A stretch of DNA of 63,428 nucleotides, the filler included, from Cercozoa sp. M6MM (Eukaryota; Protista; Endomyxa: Ascetosporea), in assembly GCA_040357565.1 (NCBI GenBank). It is 11 parts of 11 records of this genome, joined end to end, with 100 filler letters (N's around TTAATTAATTAA, not from the genome) between each part and the next. Parts side by side here need not be neighbours in the genome. Positions count along the whole stretch, not along the records: positions 1 to 2,055 come from JBDODJ010001853.1; positions 2,156 to 10,709 come from JBDODJ010000527.1; positions 10,810 to 16,068 come from JBDODJ010000937.1; 8 more parts are not named here. One strand, 5' to 3'. This document shows positions 1 through 11,905 of the stretch, piece by piece. Position numbers and translations under genes: made by a program. The first letter of the stretch is position 1. Every line of letters begins with the position of its first letter. The notes beneath the pieces are model-generated. The model was not told the origin of the DNA. It did not search any database and saw only the letters and a program-made list of their open reading frames with translations.

Positions 1-42
1 TATCCATCTTGCTCCCAGGTTATTCCCCATGTTCCCCCATAG

Positions 43-2010
43 AAGTGGAACCTGTCACGTGGCGACAGTGTGTTGCACTGCAGCAGCAGTGTGTCCTCTG
101 TGCAGGCACCTTCACAGGAGGCGGACCTCGTCCGCGTGGAGGCCCTGCGGCACCCTTGCGCTGCCTGGGTAGCTGTGTCCTGTCTTTGCCTCCCCCCCCC
201 TTACTCCCCCCTCCGTAGGAGGAGTCGAAACTGCATGCGATGGCGCGAACACTCGACGCTGCTGTGGCCTTCCGCATCACGCCTTGCACGGCCTGTACCA
301 CTCTGTAGTACGCGCCCTCCCTGCCTACCCCCCTTCTCCCTACTAGGCAAAGAGCAGTCGCAGTGGGACGTTCGCAGTTCGCACTTCGACTGTCCTCTGC
401 TCTACGTTGCTTTCTGTATCTCCTGCATTCTTCCCATCTGCGATTATATAACTGTACGTTATGTATAGATTGTACAAAAACACATAGATAGATTCATATA
501 TTTAGTGTATACAATATGTATATACATGTATATATGTGAGTATGTATATATGTGAGTGTGTGTACATAAACTTCGTACTTGGGATGTTGTATATGTGTGC
601 GTAGAGTGTCTATGTGTTTGAGTGTAGGTGGGTGTGCACTGTGCCCAAAGTGCGCGCGCGAGAGGTGGCGTCCTAAGCCAGAGATGTGTGTCTGCATAAG
701 CCTAATTATATTTGTTTTTATATATTACGATATCTAATAATAGAGATATAGATGCAGATATGTGTATCTATCTATAGACCCTAGATGCATGGATGTAAGT
801 ATAGTGTGTTTTTGTTTGTGCAGGTGTCCCTGCTGTGAGAATGACATGGAGTTCAACACAATTGTGCCGGCACGTGTTCTGGTGTCTGCTTGTATAGTGT
901 ATAGTATTTAGATATAGATATGGGTATAGATATTAATATTTATACATATATATATTTATATAATGTCTCTAGATATATGTATGTTCGTTAGTTGACGCAC
1001 AAGGTCGTTCGCGACGAGGCGGCCGAGTATCGTGCGCACCTCATCGAGAATCAGCAGTATTGTGACGCCCCCCCCCCCTGGAGTTCGGGTAACCCCCCCC
1101 CCCCCCAGGGAACTGCACCGTCTGTTCAAGCTGCGGCAGCAAGAACTGCGCGGTGGCGAGTTGCTCGGCGCACTGGCTCGTACTCTTGCTTTTGGACCTC
1201 CCTGCCCATTCTGCACATAACAGAGTTTCACATGACAGAGATTCGCGCCTTTGAGAACAGAATTATGACTGACACGGACAAGGCGCACGAGATGCGTGTG
1301 TTGGATTTACACTCCATACACACACACCTACACTCCCCTTACCCCTTCCCTCTCCCTTGTCTCCAGGTTACCTGCGTCGACTGCTGCGTTTTCCGCATCG
1401 GCGAATTCCGCTAAAACGCGTGTTTCACCTGTACACACGTTGGCTTTCTTGACCCCTTGCCCCTTGTCCCTTGCACTTTGCCCCCTGACCCCTCCACCCT
1501 TCCCTCTTAACCCTTCCCCCTTACCCTTCACAGACAGGACGACAAGGAGAAGGCGCTGGAAGCCAAGGAGATTCACAAGGACATTGCGGTAGCATACAGA
1601 AAGAAAGATAGGGCAGGGCACTAGCTAGGGTACAGGTGAGGGTGAGGGTCACTGGTGTGTTTGCACAGATGCGAGCGTCGCAGTACGGCACGTGGCTGGA
1701 CCAGTCGGTCAGTGGACTTTCAGCCTCGCAGCGACGTCACTTCCTCGATCAGTTTCGGCTCCAACACGGACATGCCTATCTGCCTTCGGTGTGTGTGGCT
1801 CTCCTTATCCCTGCCCCCCCCCCCTATCCCTATCTCTATCTATCCCTATCCTTTATGATTAGGCCAAGTTGAATGCTGTGTTGAATATTGTGATGCGACA
1901 CAAGCAGGGTAGCTATTCGTCGTCATACCCCCCTTTGTCAGTGCATGCGTTGGCTATTACAGGCACTGACAAGAAACTGCGACGACCGCACAAAGTCTGC
2001 GTCTTCACCA
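43..2010 (+). CDS. Internal part of a multi-exon gene; hypothetical, possibly SNF2/RING helicase-like (partial both ends)
   Basis: GT-AG spliced exons give ...CPCCENDMEF...ELHRLFKLRQQELRGG...AKLNAVLNIVMRHKQGTDKKLRRPHKVCVFT. The last part resembles the K-L-x-x-L...K-V-h-V-F-S start of a helicase C-terminal lobe; the family call is weak. Confidence 0.45.
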
Positions 2011-2055
2011 GTACTGTTTGTGTTTAGCTTTCACCCATACCCTTGGGGGGGGGGG

Positions 2056-2155
2056 NNNNNNNNNNNNNNNNNNNNNNNNNNNNNNNNNNNNNNNNNNNNT
2101 TAATTAATTAANNNNNNNNNNNNNNNNNNNNNNNNNNNNNNNNNNNNNNNNNNNN
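2056..2155. other. Artificial contig linker N44-TTAATTAATTAA-N44; also at 10710-10809, 16069-16168, 30390-30489, 39839-39938, 43235-43334, 47669-47768, 49478-49577, 56138-56237, 59724-59823
   Basis: Identical 100-nt block with stops in all six frames. Flanks end in poly-C/G or microsatellites, and genes do not continue across it. Confidence 0.97.
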
Positions 2156-2157
2156 AG

Positions 2158-2801
2158 GGAGCTGGGCACATCGTGCTCCTTCACGACGGCGCGCAAAAGT
2201 GCTTTTTCTGTCTATACTGTATCGGTAGTTTTTCCCTGTACTGTTACTGTATGTGTGTGTGTGTGCGCGCGCCTAGCTCGGACCAATCGGTGCTGGCCGT
2301 GCAGAAGGCGTTACCCGAGTTGCTGGCGCAAGGCGCGGAGCTAAAAACCATGTCGCAGCTCGACCTGCAAGCCAGTGGATGCGCAGACGTCGTTGATCCA
2401 GACGACGACGGCGACGCTGTCGACAATACCGACAATGACTGCGACGGTGTGGATGATGACTGCGATATCGCAGACGACGGAGACGACACCCCGGCGCAGA
2501 AGAGACGCCGTCATTTGCGTCGCTTGCGTCGCAAGCTCCGCCGACTGCGACATCGCGCTCACCGCCGTAACTTCAGTTTACTGCGCATGTTAGTGTTTAG
2601 ATTATGTACATTGTGCCTACAGGACGACACCGCCGGGCCCGTCGTGCCGCTTCGCGTCTGCCCGAATCGAATGTTTCGGATTCCTTGGACTCCGATTCGT
2701 CTGAATTGAAGTCGCACAAGTCGCACAAGTCGTCGAAGTCGTCAGGGTCAGACAAGTCGAACAAATCGCACCAGAGCGACATGTCGGACGATTACTACTG
2801 A
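2158..2801 (+). CDS. C-terminal part of a polysaccharide/chitin deacetylase (CE4, NodB homology) with acidic, Arg/His-rich and Ser/Lys-rich tail
   Basis: Spliced translation GAGHIVLLHDGAQNSDQSVLAVQKALPELLAQGAELKTMSQL matches the NodB end (GxIhLhHD...L...G..h.Th.EL). Ends ...DMSDDYY-TGA at 2801. Confidence 0.75.
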
Positions 2802-3309
2802 ACCTCGACTCTACTTTAATTTACAGTGCCAACGAGCATCACACATGATACTGCACTTTACTGGGTTACACTTGTTTACTGGCACAGCAACCGGACTCGC
2901 GTCCTGGGAGACCGAAAAATGAAGGTCATCTTGATGTCATCTCTCCATTGCTCGTGTGTGTTTTGATGATAGTGTCCAGCGCCTCAGCGGCTTTAACCGC
3001 TTGAGTCTTCACGCTGCATGGAGAGTCGAGGGAAGAACGGCCAGGCAAACAACTGACCGACACACACACGCACGCGACTCACGTTGTGTGCACGAGGTAA
3101 CGTGAGCGCAAGACAATACGTGAGGGTTCCTCGTGACCCTTGGAACTCCCGGAGACGCACACACACATGCACACGCACACGCACATGACTTGGGAGTACA
3201 CGGGGACCACGGCGGTGGTTTCGTTGAATCAGATACAGTTGGTAAATTTAAATTTACGTTCTGAGGTGCTGGCAACTCTCACATGCGATGTGAGCCGTGT
3301 TGCCGCAAC

Positions 3310-6300
3310 TTACATGATGAGACACGGGCACGTGGCCTCCTCCTCGGTCGTGGTGGTGGCCTCGGGCAGGAAGGCCGGGTTGTACGACTCGGAGTAGCGA
3401 CGCTGCATGCGTGCCTCATCGACGAGGTTCTGATTCTGCTTGGCCTGCACACACGTGTGCTGCTGAATGACACAAACACACACAAGGAAGAAACCGACCT
3501 GAGTTTCGAGACGCTGCTTCTCCTCGTCGTCCTGCTGATCCTTGGCGAGCTTGGCCTCAAGTTCCTCGGCTAGGCGCTGTTCCTGGTAGTTGAAACAACA
3601 TCGGAGTAAGCACCGCTGTTGCACTGGCATAAAGGAGGTACCTCGGCCTTGCGAGCAGCCTCAGCTTCGCGAGCTAGACGCTGCTCCTGCGGAAAGAAAG
3701 AATGCCTTAACAGAAGGGTCCCTCAGAAAGCAACAGAGACACACCTCAGCCTGGCGCTCGGCTTCCTTGCGCGCAGTCTCCTCCGCAGCCTAGGAAAACA
3801 CATTTGCTAAAGAGAGTACTTGGTTCAACGAGCAAATACCAGACGCTCCATGCGTTCTTGCTCCGCACGTCGCTTCGCTTCGGCTTCGGCCGCCAAACGC
3901 TGCTCCTGTGTGGTTCAAACATTGGTAATACAACATCACAATGAAGACAAAAAAGGCACCTCAGCAATACGTTGGGCCTCCTTTCGCGCGGCTTCCTCGG
4001 CAGCCTGCACACAATTCACACGACTATTCGAACAAAGGGAGTACGTATAGCTGGGTGTACTTCTCGGTCGAGACGCTCCTGTTCGAGACGCCTGGCCTGC
4101 CACAAGACACAACCATCAAGTGAGCCAAGTCGAAAGACACATGAAAGAAAGCTACCTCAGCCTCGGCTTCACGAGCGAGACGCTCTTCCTGAACAAAGCA
4201 ATGTGGGAATAGAGGTTTATTTGTACACCAACAAGTAGTACCTCGGCCTTCTTGCGCGCGGCTTCTTCAGCAGCCTGCATCGCAGCGTTTTCCGAATCCA
4301 CAATCATATACAGCCAAACAACAAGGCACCTCGCGTTCCAGTCGTTCCTGCTCGAGTCGTTTGGCCTGCCGAAACACACAAGGCTTTCCACAAAGCGCAA
4401 AGAATGAAGTATTTTCTTCGAGCTACCTCAGCTTCGGCAGCTTCGCGAGCGAGACGCTCCGCCTGCCAGGAGCGCTCGTAAATACAAGACAAGAAGGCTA
4501 CGAAAAAGGAAAAAGTACCTCCAGTCGGGCGGCCTCCTCAGCAGCCTGCCAACAATATTGGAAACGTGAAAGGAACAAAGAAAGCAGAAAAGTCACCTCG
4601 CGCTCGAGACGTTCCTGCTCGAGACGCTTCGCTTCGGCTTCGGCAGCTTCGCGAGCAAGACGTTCCTCCTGCACCCATATATATATATATATATATATAT
4701 AGACATATTTATATGTATATATATATAAAAGTGTCAGCCCATAAGATGTCAGACATGTGGGGAAAGTAAAATCACCTCCTTGCGCGCCGCTTCCGCAGCG
4801 GCCTAAATCAAATCAAGTCAGTTAGATCAAACCAAGTTAAGTCAAGTCAAGCCAAGTCAAGTCAAGTCAAGCCAGTCAAGTCAAACTGAGTGAATGGAAG
4901 CTGTTTACCTCACGTTCCAGACGCTCCTGCTCGAGTCGGCGCGCCTGTCGAAACACAACACATAGAAGGGTTATTTCTTAAATTTCAATCGAGGTACCTC
5001 AGCTTCGGCAGCTTCACGAGCGAGACGTTCCTCCTAATTAAGCAAAAGTAAGCTCAAGCACTCAAGCATGGCAAATAAGGGTACCTCAGCAACACGCGCA
5101 GCCTCCAATCGAGCGGCTTCCTCAGCAGCCTAGGTCACGTATAACAACTGAACGGGCGGAAGGGGGCGGAAGGGAGCAAGCAAAGATACCTCACGCTCGA
5201 GGCGTTCTTGCTCGAGACGCTCTTGCTCGAGACGTTCCTCCTCGAGACGCTTCTCTTCAGCTTCACGGGCGAGTCGCTCCTCCTCCAGACGCTTCTCTTC
5301 GGCCTCACGGGCGAGTCGCTCCTCCTCGAGACGCTTCTCTTCAGCTTCGCGAGCGAGTCGCTCCTCCTGTCGGACAAACATACGAAATTCGCCAGCAAAA
5401 ATAAAAAGACAAACAAGACTCACTTCGGCAATGCGCTCGGCCTCCTTGCGCGCAGCTTCCGCGGCCGCCTACATCAGAAAAAGCTTGAGTCAGTGAGCTC
5501 AAATAAGAAAACCACAGAAGGGCACCTCGCGTTCAAGTCGCTCCTGTTCAAGACGCTCCTGTTCAAGACGCTCCTGCTCGAGTCGCTTCGCCTAAATATA
5601 TTTAAAAAAAACAACAAAAATAAAAAATCAATAGACATATATACATTCGCAAATACCTCAGCTTCGGCGGCTTCGCGAGCCAGACGCTCCTCCTGTAAAA
5701 GCGAGGTTTTTTGAATGAAAACAGGGAGACAACGCTCAAGCACCTCGGCGATGCGCGCGGCCTCCTTTCGTGCTGCCTCTTCAGCCGCCTACACAATCAG
5801 AAAATCTCAAGTAACTCTAGAAAAAGACAGTTCGAATCACCTCGCGTTCCAGACGCTCCTGCTCGAGTCGCTGCGCCTGTGTACAAACACAGCGACAACT
5901 GGACAAACTAGAACAGTTCAAACAAAGTGTTTACCTCAGCCTCGCGTTCCAGACGCTCTTGCTCGAGACGCTCCTCCTCGAGACGCTTCTCCTAAACAAA
6001 GGTAAGCATGCAAGGGCAGACACGAATCGCACAGCCAGGAAAAACCTCGGCAAGGCGTTCAGCCTCCAGTCGCGCAGCTTCCTCGGCAGCCTACAGCACA
6101 CAAGCACAGATTAAAATGCCTGAAGAGCCAACTGAAACTTGAGCAAGTACCTCGCGTTCGAGACGCTCCTGCTCGAGTCGCTTCGCCTGTCAACAGTATG
6201 ACAGAATGCATTGTTTGCAACGCAAAGCAAAAAATACCTCGGCCTCAGCAGCTTCGCGGGCCAGCCTTTCCTCCTGTTGAAACAAAAAGACATCCTTCAA

Positions 6301-8306
6301 AATATAAGCAAACACGAAAGCGATAGAGTACCTCGGCAATACGCTCAGCCTCCAGTCGGGCAGCTTCCTCCTGCAAAGCAAACGGTGCATTGAAAGCACT
6401 GTTCTTTGAAGACAAGAAGATACCGCAGCCAGTCTCTCAGCCTCAAGTCGGGCCGCCTCCTCAGCAGCCTGCAAAAGAACCGACCATCTCCTTGAGACAC
6501 ACAAGAAACACAAAGGAAAAGCAAACCTCTCGCTCCAGTCGCTCCTGCTCTAGTCGCTGTGCCTGCAAGAGAACGATAAGACAATCAGAGTCAGTTTGTA
6601 TAGTTAGAGAGCACCTCAGCTTCAGCAGCTTCGCGCGCGAGACGCTCCTCCTAACAATTCGAACAGATGAAAGTGTATTTTGGAATAATGAATTGGAAGC
6701 ACCTCAGCGATGCGCTCAGCCTCGAGTCTGGCAGCTTCCGCAGCGGCCTGAGGCACGAGATAAGAAAAGATAAGGTACGATAGTAGCAAGAACAAAGGCA
6801 AATACCTCACGTTCGAGACGCTCCTGCTCGAGTCGCTTTGCCTGTTTTAGTTTGGTGTTGACTTGCAGGCTGAAAGCTGGAAGAAGGATACCTCGGCTTC
6901 GGCCGCCTCGCGGGCAAGACGTTCCTCCTGAACAGTTAAACACGTGCACTGAATGCTTGAAAAAGAAAAAAACTGTACCTCAGCGATGCGCTTGGCTTCT
7001 TCCTCGGCGGCCTGAGGAAATGAATCAGTTTCCTTCATTCTGTTTGTAGTTAAAAAAGCAACCTCGCGTTCCAGACGTTCCTCCTCGGCCTTTCGCGCAG
7101 CTTCGGCTTCGCGAGCGAGGCGTTCCTCCTGTGTCAACACACCAAGAACTCTACTGTCCACAATGCACCTAGCAGTAGACTAGTACCTCGGCAATGCGCG
7201 CAGCTTCCTTGCGTGCAGCCTCCTCGGCGGCCTGGTGAAAGGTTAAGAGTGAAGGCGAAAGGTGTGAGTGGGGGCACGAAAGAAAAAACTACTTCGCGTT
7301 CGAGACGCTCTTGCTCGAGTCGCTGCGCCTGTCAGAGTCGAGCTTTCACTTTAAAAACAAACAAAACACAACAACTGAAACTATCGATACCTCGGCTTCA
7401 GCTTCGGCAGCTTCGCGAGCGATACGCGCCTCCTGTGTACAAGCCTATGCCGACTGAATAAAACGAGTACAAGGGCAAAAAACCTCAGCTTCCTTTCGAG
7501 CAGCTTCCTCAGCGGCCTAAGCAAAGCAAGGGTAACAGAACTCAGTGAGACAGACAGTAAGACGGCGTGTAAGACGGCAATACCTCGCGTTCCAAACGCT
7601 CTTGCTCCTCGCGCTGCTTGGCTTCGGCGGCTTCATTGGCCTCGTCGGTCTTCTCGTCCTCGAGCAGGTCTGTTTCAACAATCTCGTCAACGGTGTCGTC
7701 CATGGGTGCAATCTCATCGACGGTCTCGTCAAGTGCTTCGTCGCCCGACGACTCCAGCGCTTCGACCTCGCTTTCTTCCATCGCTTCGATCTCTTCGGCA
7801 TCGACGGTTTCGCCTGCCTCGGTCTCTTGCTGCTCAGCAAGTTCGTCCTCCGACTTGAAGCTCGCTCGCACCGACTGCGATGGCGGACGACGCGTCACAT
7901 TGCCCATCGTCGGACGGTCCAAACTGTGGAAGACCAGGTTGACACTTCCAACAAACAAAGCACAAGCGAAACTGACATTGCGTGCTCAAGTTCGGGCGAC
8001 TTGTCGCTCCGCTTCTTGCGCAGGCTCGGCGGCACACCCATTCCGGGCAGAGGCATGCCCATGCCAGGCTTGGCACCGCCACCCATCATCGCCGGGTCTG
8101 TGGACAAAACCCAAGTTATCTTGTTGGTTACCTTTTAACAGCAATAGGGGTGAAAGAAACACGCACTGAAAACGCCGGCAAGACCACTGGCGAGATCTTT
8201 GACGCTCTTCTGCGACAGAAACAACCAAATCAAAAACGAAAGCGAACACGCAACAAACAAAACGCAACATCGCTGTTTTGGACTAACTCACCTTTTCCTC
8301 AGACAT
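3310..8306 (-). CDS. ~44-exon protein: CPI-like motif, acidic block, very long E/R/A/K single-alpha-helix repeat, C-terminal CaaX (CPCLIM)
   Basis: ATG at 8306; MSEEKKSVKDLASGLAGVFNPAMMGGG...SPELEHAILDRPTMGNVTRRPPS; ~38 short GT-AG-bounded exons (AAEEAARKEAERIAE / EERLAREAAEAE / AKRLEQERLERE); last exon ...EEEATCPCLIM-TAA. Confidence 0.88.
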
Positions 8307-8697
8307 CTGGGTGTTAACAACTGCGAGACAAACTAGGAACACTGTCAGAGGGCGCAATCGCAAGGCGTGCACACTCGTCCTTTGCCAGTATTTTTGGGCG
8401 AGACTCGCTTGAAACAAACGGCGCCAAAAATCACCCTAGATCACTGCATTTAAGATCCACGGCTAGCACCGCGGTGGTGCGCTTGAGTGCTCTGTCTGTA
8501 CACGTTCCAGAATCCTCAGGTGCGCGTGCAGTGGTGGCAAAAATCTCTTGATCGAGCTTTCGGTGGGTGCCTTCTGTTGTGAAGCGTCGGAGCGCACGAA
8601 AGGAGGGCGAAAGCTCGCAAAGGAGAGCGTCTGCTACTGCTATGCGCGTGTGTCTGTTCGACGATGCCGTTCAACTGAGCACTCGGCAGCAGCACCG

Positions 8698-10483
8698 ATG
8701 GACGCGCGTGCAGTCGGTAAGAGCTGCTTCATATGTGTGGGTTGGGAACTACTTGAGATTTAGGCACTGTTTAGGCACTGATGCGTGCATCGTCCAGAGG
8801 TCTGCTGACTCTGCTACCGAACAAGCCACAGAACGAGGCCGTGGTGATTGTGCTCCCATCGGCACATGCGCTTCGCCTGCTGAACAATCCTACTTTGGTG
8901 CCTGTCTGCATGGATGCCTTGATCGAAGGTAGAGGCGAGACCTTGAAACGTGAGCTTTTGTGGAATACACACGTCTTGTTTTGTGCAGAAGATGAGGAAG
9001 AACCGCGCATCGAAGACATTGTAGAACGTATCAGTGCGACTCGAAAAGTTATGCGCGAATGCGTCATCTGTGGCACTGGTTTCCCGGTAGTTTCTTACAC
9101 TTCTTTGTCATACTTCTCTTGATTATCTTTAAACCTTCAGAGAGAACGCGACAAGGAGCACGTGCGTCAGATTGTGCGCTCGCTGGGCGGCACCTACTCG
9201 GGCAGTCTTGTGGCCAAGAGTAAGTCGCAAGTGTGTTTTAGTTCCCCTGTACAGTCGCCTGACCCTGTGTTGTCCCCTGGTGCAGCAACGGCACTGGTGG
9301 TGGCGTCGGTGCCGTCGGACAAGTACCGATCGGCGCTGGAGCACGGGATCGCCGTGCGGTCGCCGCTGTGGATCGAGGAGTGCTGGACGCACGGCAAGCA
9401 CGTCGAGCCGCCACCTGACGCACCTTTGCACCCGTGGATGCCGGCGCTTTTTGCTGGGTACACTTTGGACCGTACACATGGATTGCACTCTTGTACTGTG
9501 CCTCTTATATGTTGTATTGTGCCTCTTGTATTGTATTGTGCCTCTTGTATTGTGCCTCTTGTATTGTGCCTCTTGTATTGTGCCCATACTGTACATTCCC
9601 TTTTGAACAGTTGGCAAGTCGTGATTGACGAGGCTGCCATCGCGCCCGGTGAAGCACAGCGTCTGCGCGAGTGCGTGCAGCAGCACGGTGGCGCTGTATG
9701 TTTACCCCCCCTGTCTCCCCTTGTTACCCCTGTTTATTTCGCTGTACATCTTACACCCAGGTGGCCATGGCGGACCGACTGCGCGACAGTAGAGTGACGC
9801 ACCTGGTGACCACTTCAGTCCACACGGACGCCTTCTCCGCTGCCAATCGCTCTATGAACTTTGGCGGTAGCTTTACCCCCCCCCCCCATCCCTACCCCTT
9901 ACTCCCTGCCGCAGACAGTATAAACACGCCGAAAGTCGTGCTGCCGTCGTTTTTGGCGGATTTTGTCGCCTCCAAAGGCTTGCTCGATGTGAGTGATATG
10001 GTAAGTTCCACCCCCTCCTTCACTGACCCTTCTTGATTCCTTGCGTTGGGACAGAAGTACATGGTGATCGACAAAAGCGAGTCGACTTTTCTGTCGCAAA
10101 TGACGGCGCGTGACTCATTGGATGTAGTTTACCCCCCCCCCCAGTCAACCCTTTACCCCCTACCCTGTGTGCACAGAGTGACGATGCTCCGTCGTTGGTG
10201 CGGCCGAAGAAACGGCAGGAACAAACGACGCCGACTTTTCGGCGTTTCGTGCAGCCGAGTGACCCGTCTCCTACAGTAGTTTTATCCCCCATCTTACCCC
10301 GTAATACCCTGACCTCTTGACCCTCTTTATACCCCCTCCCTCCAGGCACCGTTGAGCCCGACGCAGCCGGTGGAACTGCTGCCGATCACGCCGCCGGTCG
10401 AGTCGCAAAAACAAGAGGAAAACGCGGCTGTTGTTTCGGAGAAACGCGACGCTTTGGACGCCTTGGCCGAGTCGGTCTTGATG
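8698..10483 (+). CDS. Multi-BRCT protein, TOPBP1/ECT2-like N-terminus (3' truncated)
   Basis: ICGTGF...VRQIVRSLGGTYSGSL...ALVVASVPSDKYRSALEHGIAVRSPLWIEECW (BRCT with WxxxC), then a second BRCT CVQQHGGA...VTHLVT...VVLPSFLAD. Confidence 0.72.
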
Positions 10484-10517
10484 GTAGTTTACCCTACCCC
10501 CCCCCCCCCATATCTCC

Positions 10518-10709
10518 TTACCCCTACCCTACCCCTACCCCTACCCCTACCCCACCCCTACCCCTACCCCTAACCTACCCCTACCCCCTACCCTACCCTA
10601 CCCTACCCCTACCCCTACCCCTACCCCTACCCCTACCCCCTACCCCTACCGTACCCCTACCGTACCCCTACCCTACCCCTACCCCTACCCTACCCCTACC
10701 CCTACCCTA
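10518..10709 (+). repeat. (CCCCTA/CCCTA)n simple repeat inside an intron at the contig end
   Basis: Tandem ACCCCT/ACCCT units following the donor at 10484. Confidence 0.9.
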
Positions 10710-10809
10710 NNNNNNNNNNNNNNNNNNNNNNNNNNNNNNNNNNNNNNNNNNNNTTAATTAATTAANNNNNNNNNNNNNNNNNNNNNNNNNNNNNNNNNNN
10801 NNNNNNNNN

Positions 10810-10846
<37 letters not shown>

Positions 10847-10890
10847 CGCCGGCCCCGTAAGATGGGGTAAGATAGGGGAGGTAGAACTAC

Positions 10891-11551
10891 CTCATCCACG
10901 CCCTCCTTGTCACCGATCGCCACTGTGGTTTCGGCCTTGGCATTGCCGATGAGAGCCTGCAGTTTCTGTGCCTCCTTGCCGGTCGGAGTTGCCACTTCCT
11001 CGGTCGACACCTGCGCACCCGACGGCAGGAAGGTCTTGGCGCCCTGGCCGTTCCACTGCGCAACAGGAGGGTATGGGGTAAGGGTAAAGGGTAGGGGTCG
11101 GGATAATATTAGGGGTAGGGGTAGGGGTAAGGGAAAGGTAAGGGTCGGGATAAGGGGAGGGGGTAAGGGTAAGGGTAGGTGTAAAATGAGGCACCTTGCC
11201 GTCGTCCTTGGGCGTGTCGGCGTCCTCCTTCTTGCCCTTAACGACAACCTGGAAGCGCCGCTTGTTCTTCTCCTCCTCGGTCTTGGCCTCTTCGGCCATG
11301 AGTTCCTCCAGCTCCTCCAGACGCTTGCTCACGTCCTCCGTGCTCACCTCGCCGGCACTAGCACTGTCGTTCTACAGGAGGCAAACGGGGGGGGGGGGTA
11401 AGGGGGTAAAGGATGGGCAGGAGTGCGAAGAACTTAAACAACCACATACCTCCTGCTGCTTCTGCTCAGCGAGTCGCTGGGCTTGTCGCTCGCGCATCTT
11501 CTTGCGCAGACGGATCTGCTCCGGCGTCAACTCGGTTCGCACCTTGCCCAT
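10891..11551 (-). CDS. N-terminal exons of a charged hypothetical protein (3' truncated)
   Basis: MGKVRTELTPEQIRLRKKMRERQAQRLAEQKQQE / NDSASAGEVSTEDVSKRLEELEE... / WNGQGAKTFLPSG..., GT-AG introns. Confidence 0.7.
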
Positions 11552-11905
11552 CTTGTCTCCCTACTGTCTGTTACTGAACTGTCAATTTCGCCCGACTTCT
11601 CCTTTGGCCTGGGAGAAACGTCAAGTCGACTTTATAAAAACACGCGTGCGCACGACTTTCCTGGTGCGTCAGCGTGTGTTTGAACTGATAAGAGTCACGT
11701 GCACGGAATGTCGTCGCTTCCTGTCGTCGAACGTTCCGTCTGACCGAGCGCGTGTGTTTTTTGCATTGGCTCACAAAAGGCGTTTCTGGCTCAAGAATTG
11801 ATCTGGCCCCGGTTTTGTTGGCCAGACTCAGGTTCAGTAAAACATGCTGTTGCGTTTTCTGCGTGTGCGTAGGTAGCGCGTTGTACAGTTTAGTGTGGCC
11901 CAGTG

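Noticed and set aside
2100-2111. Recurring TTAATTAATTAA palindrome as a biological element
   Set aside because: Always centred in exactly 44+44 Ns; an assembly concatenation linker.
3640-7516. CRISPR-like look (36-nt repeats with unique ~55-nt spacers)
   Set aside because: Repeats vary at synonymous positions, are bounded by GT/AG and join into one reading frame; they are exons. No cas genes.
10518-10709. Telomere
   Set aside because: Irregular units, begins inside an intron of an unfinished gene, C-rich strand runs toward the contig end, and similar tracts occur in many internal introns.
11696-11701. CACGTG E-box as a shared promoter motif (also 30113, 35190, 43821)
   Set aside because: The hexamer is also frequent in exons and CA/GT-rich introns; enrichment cannot be shown by eye.
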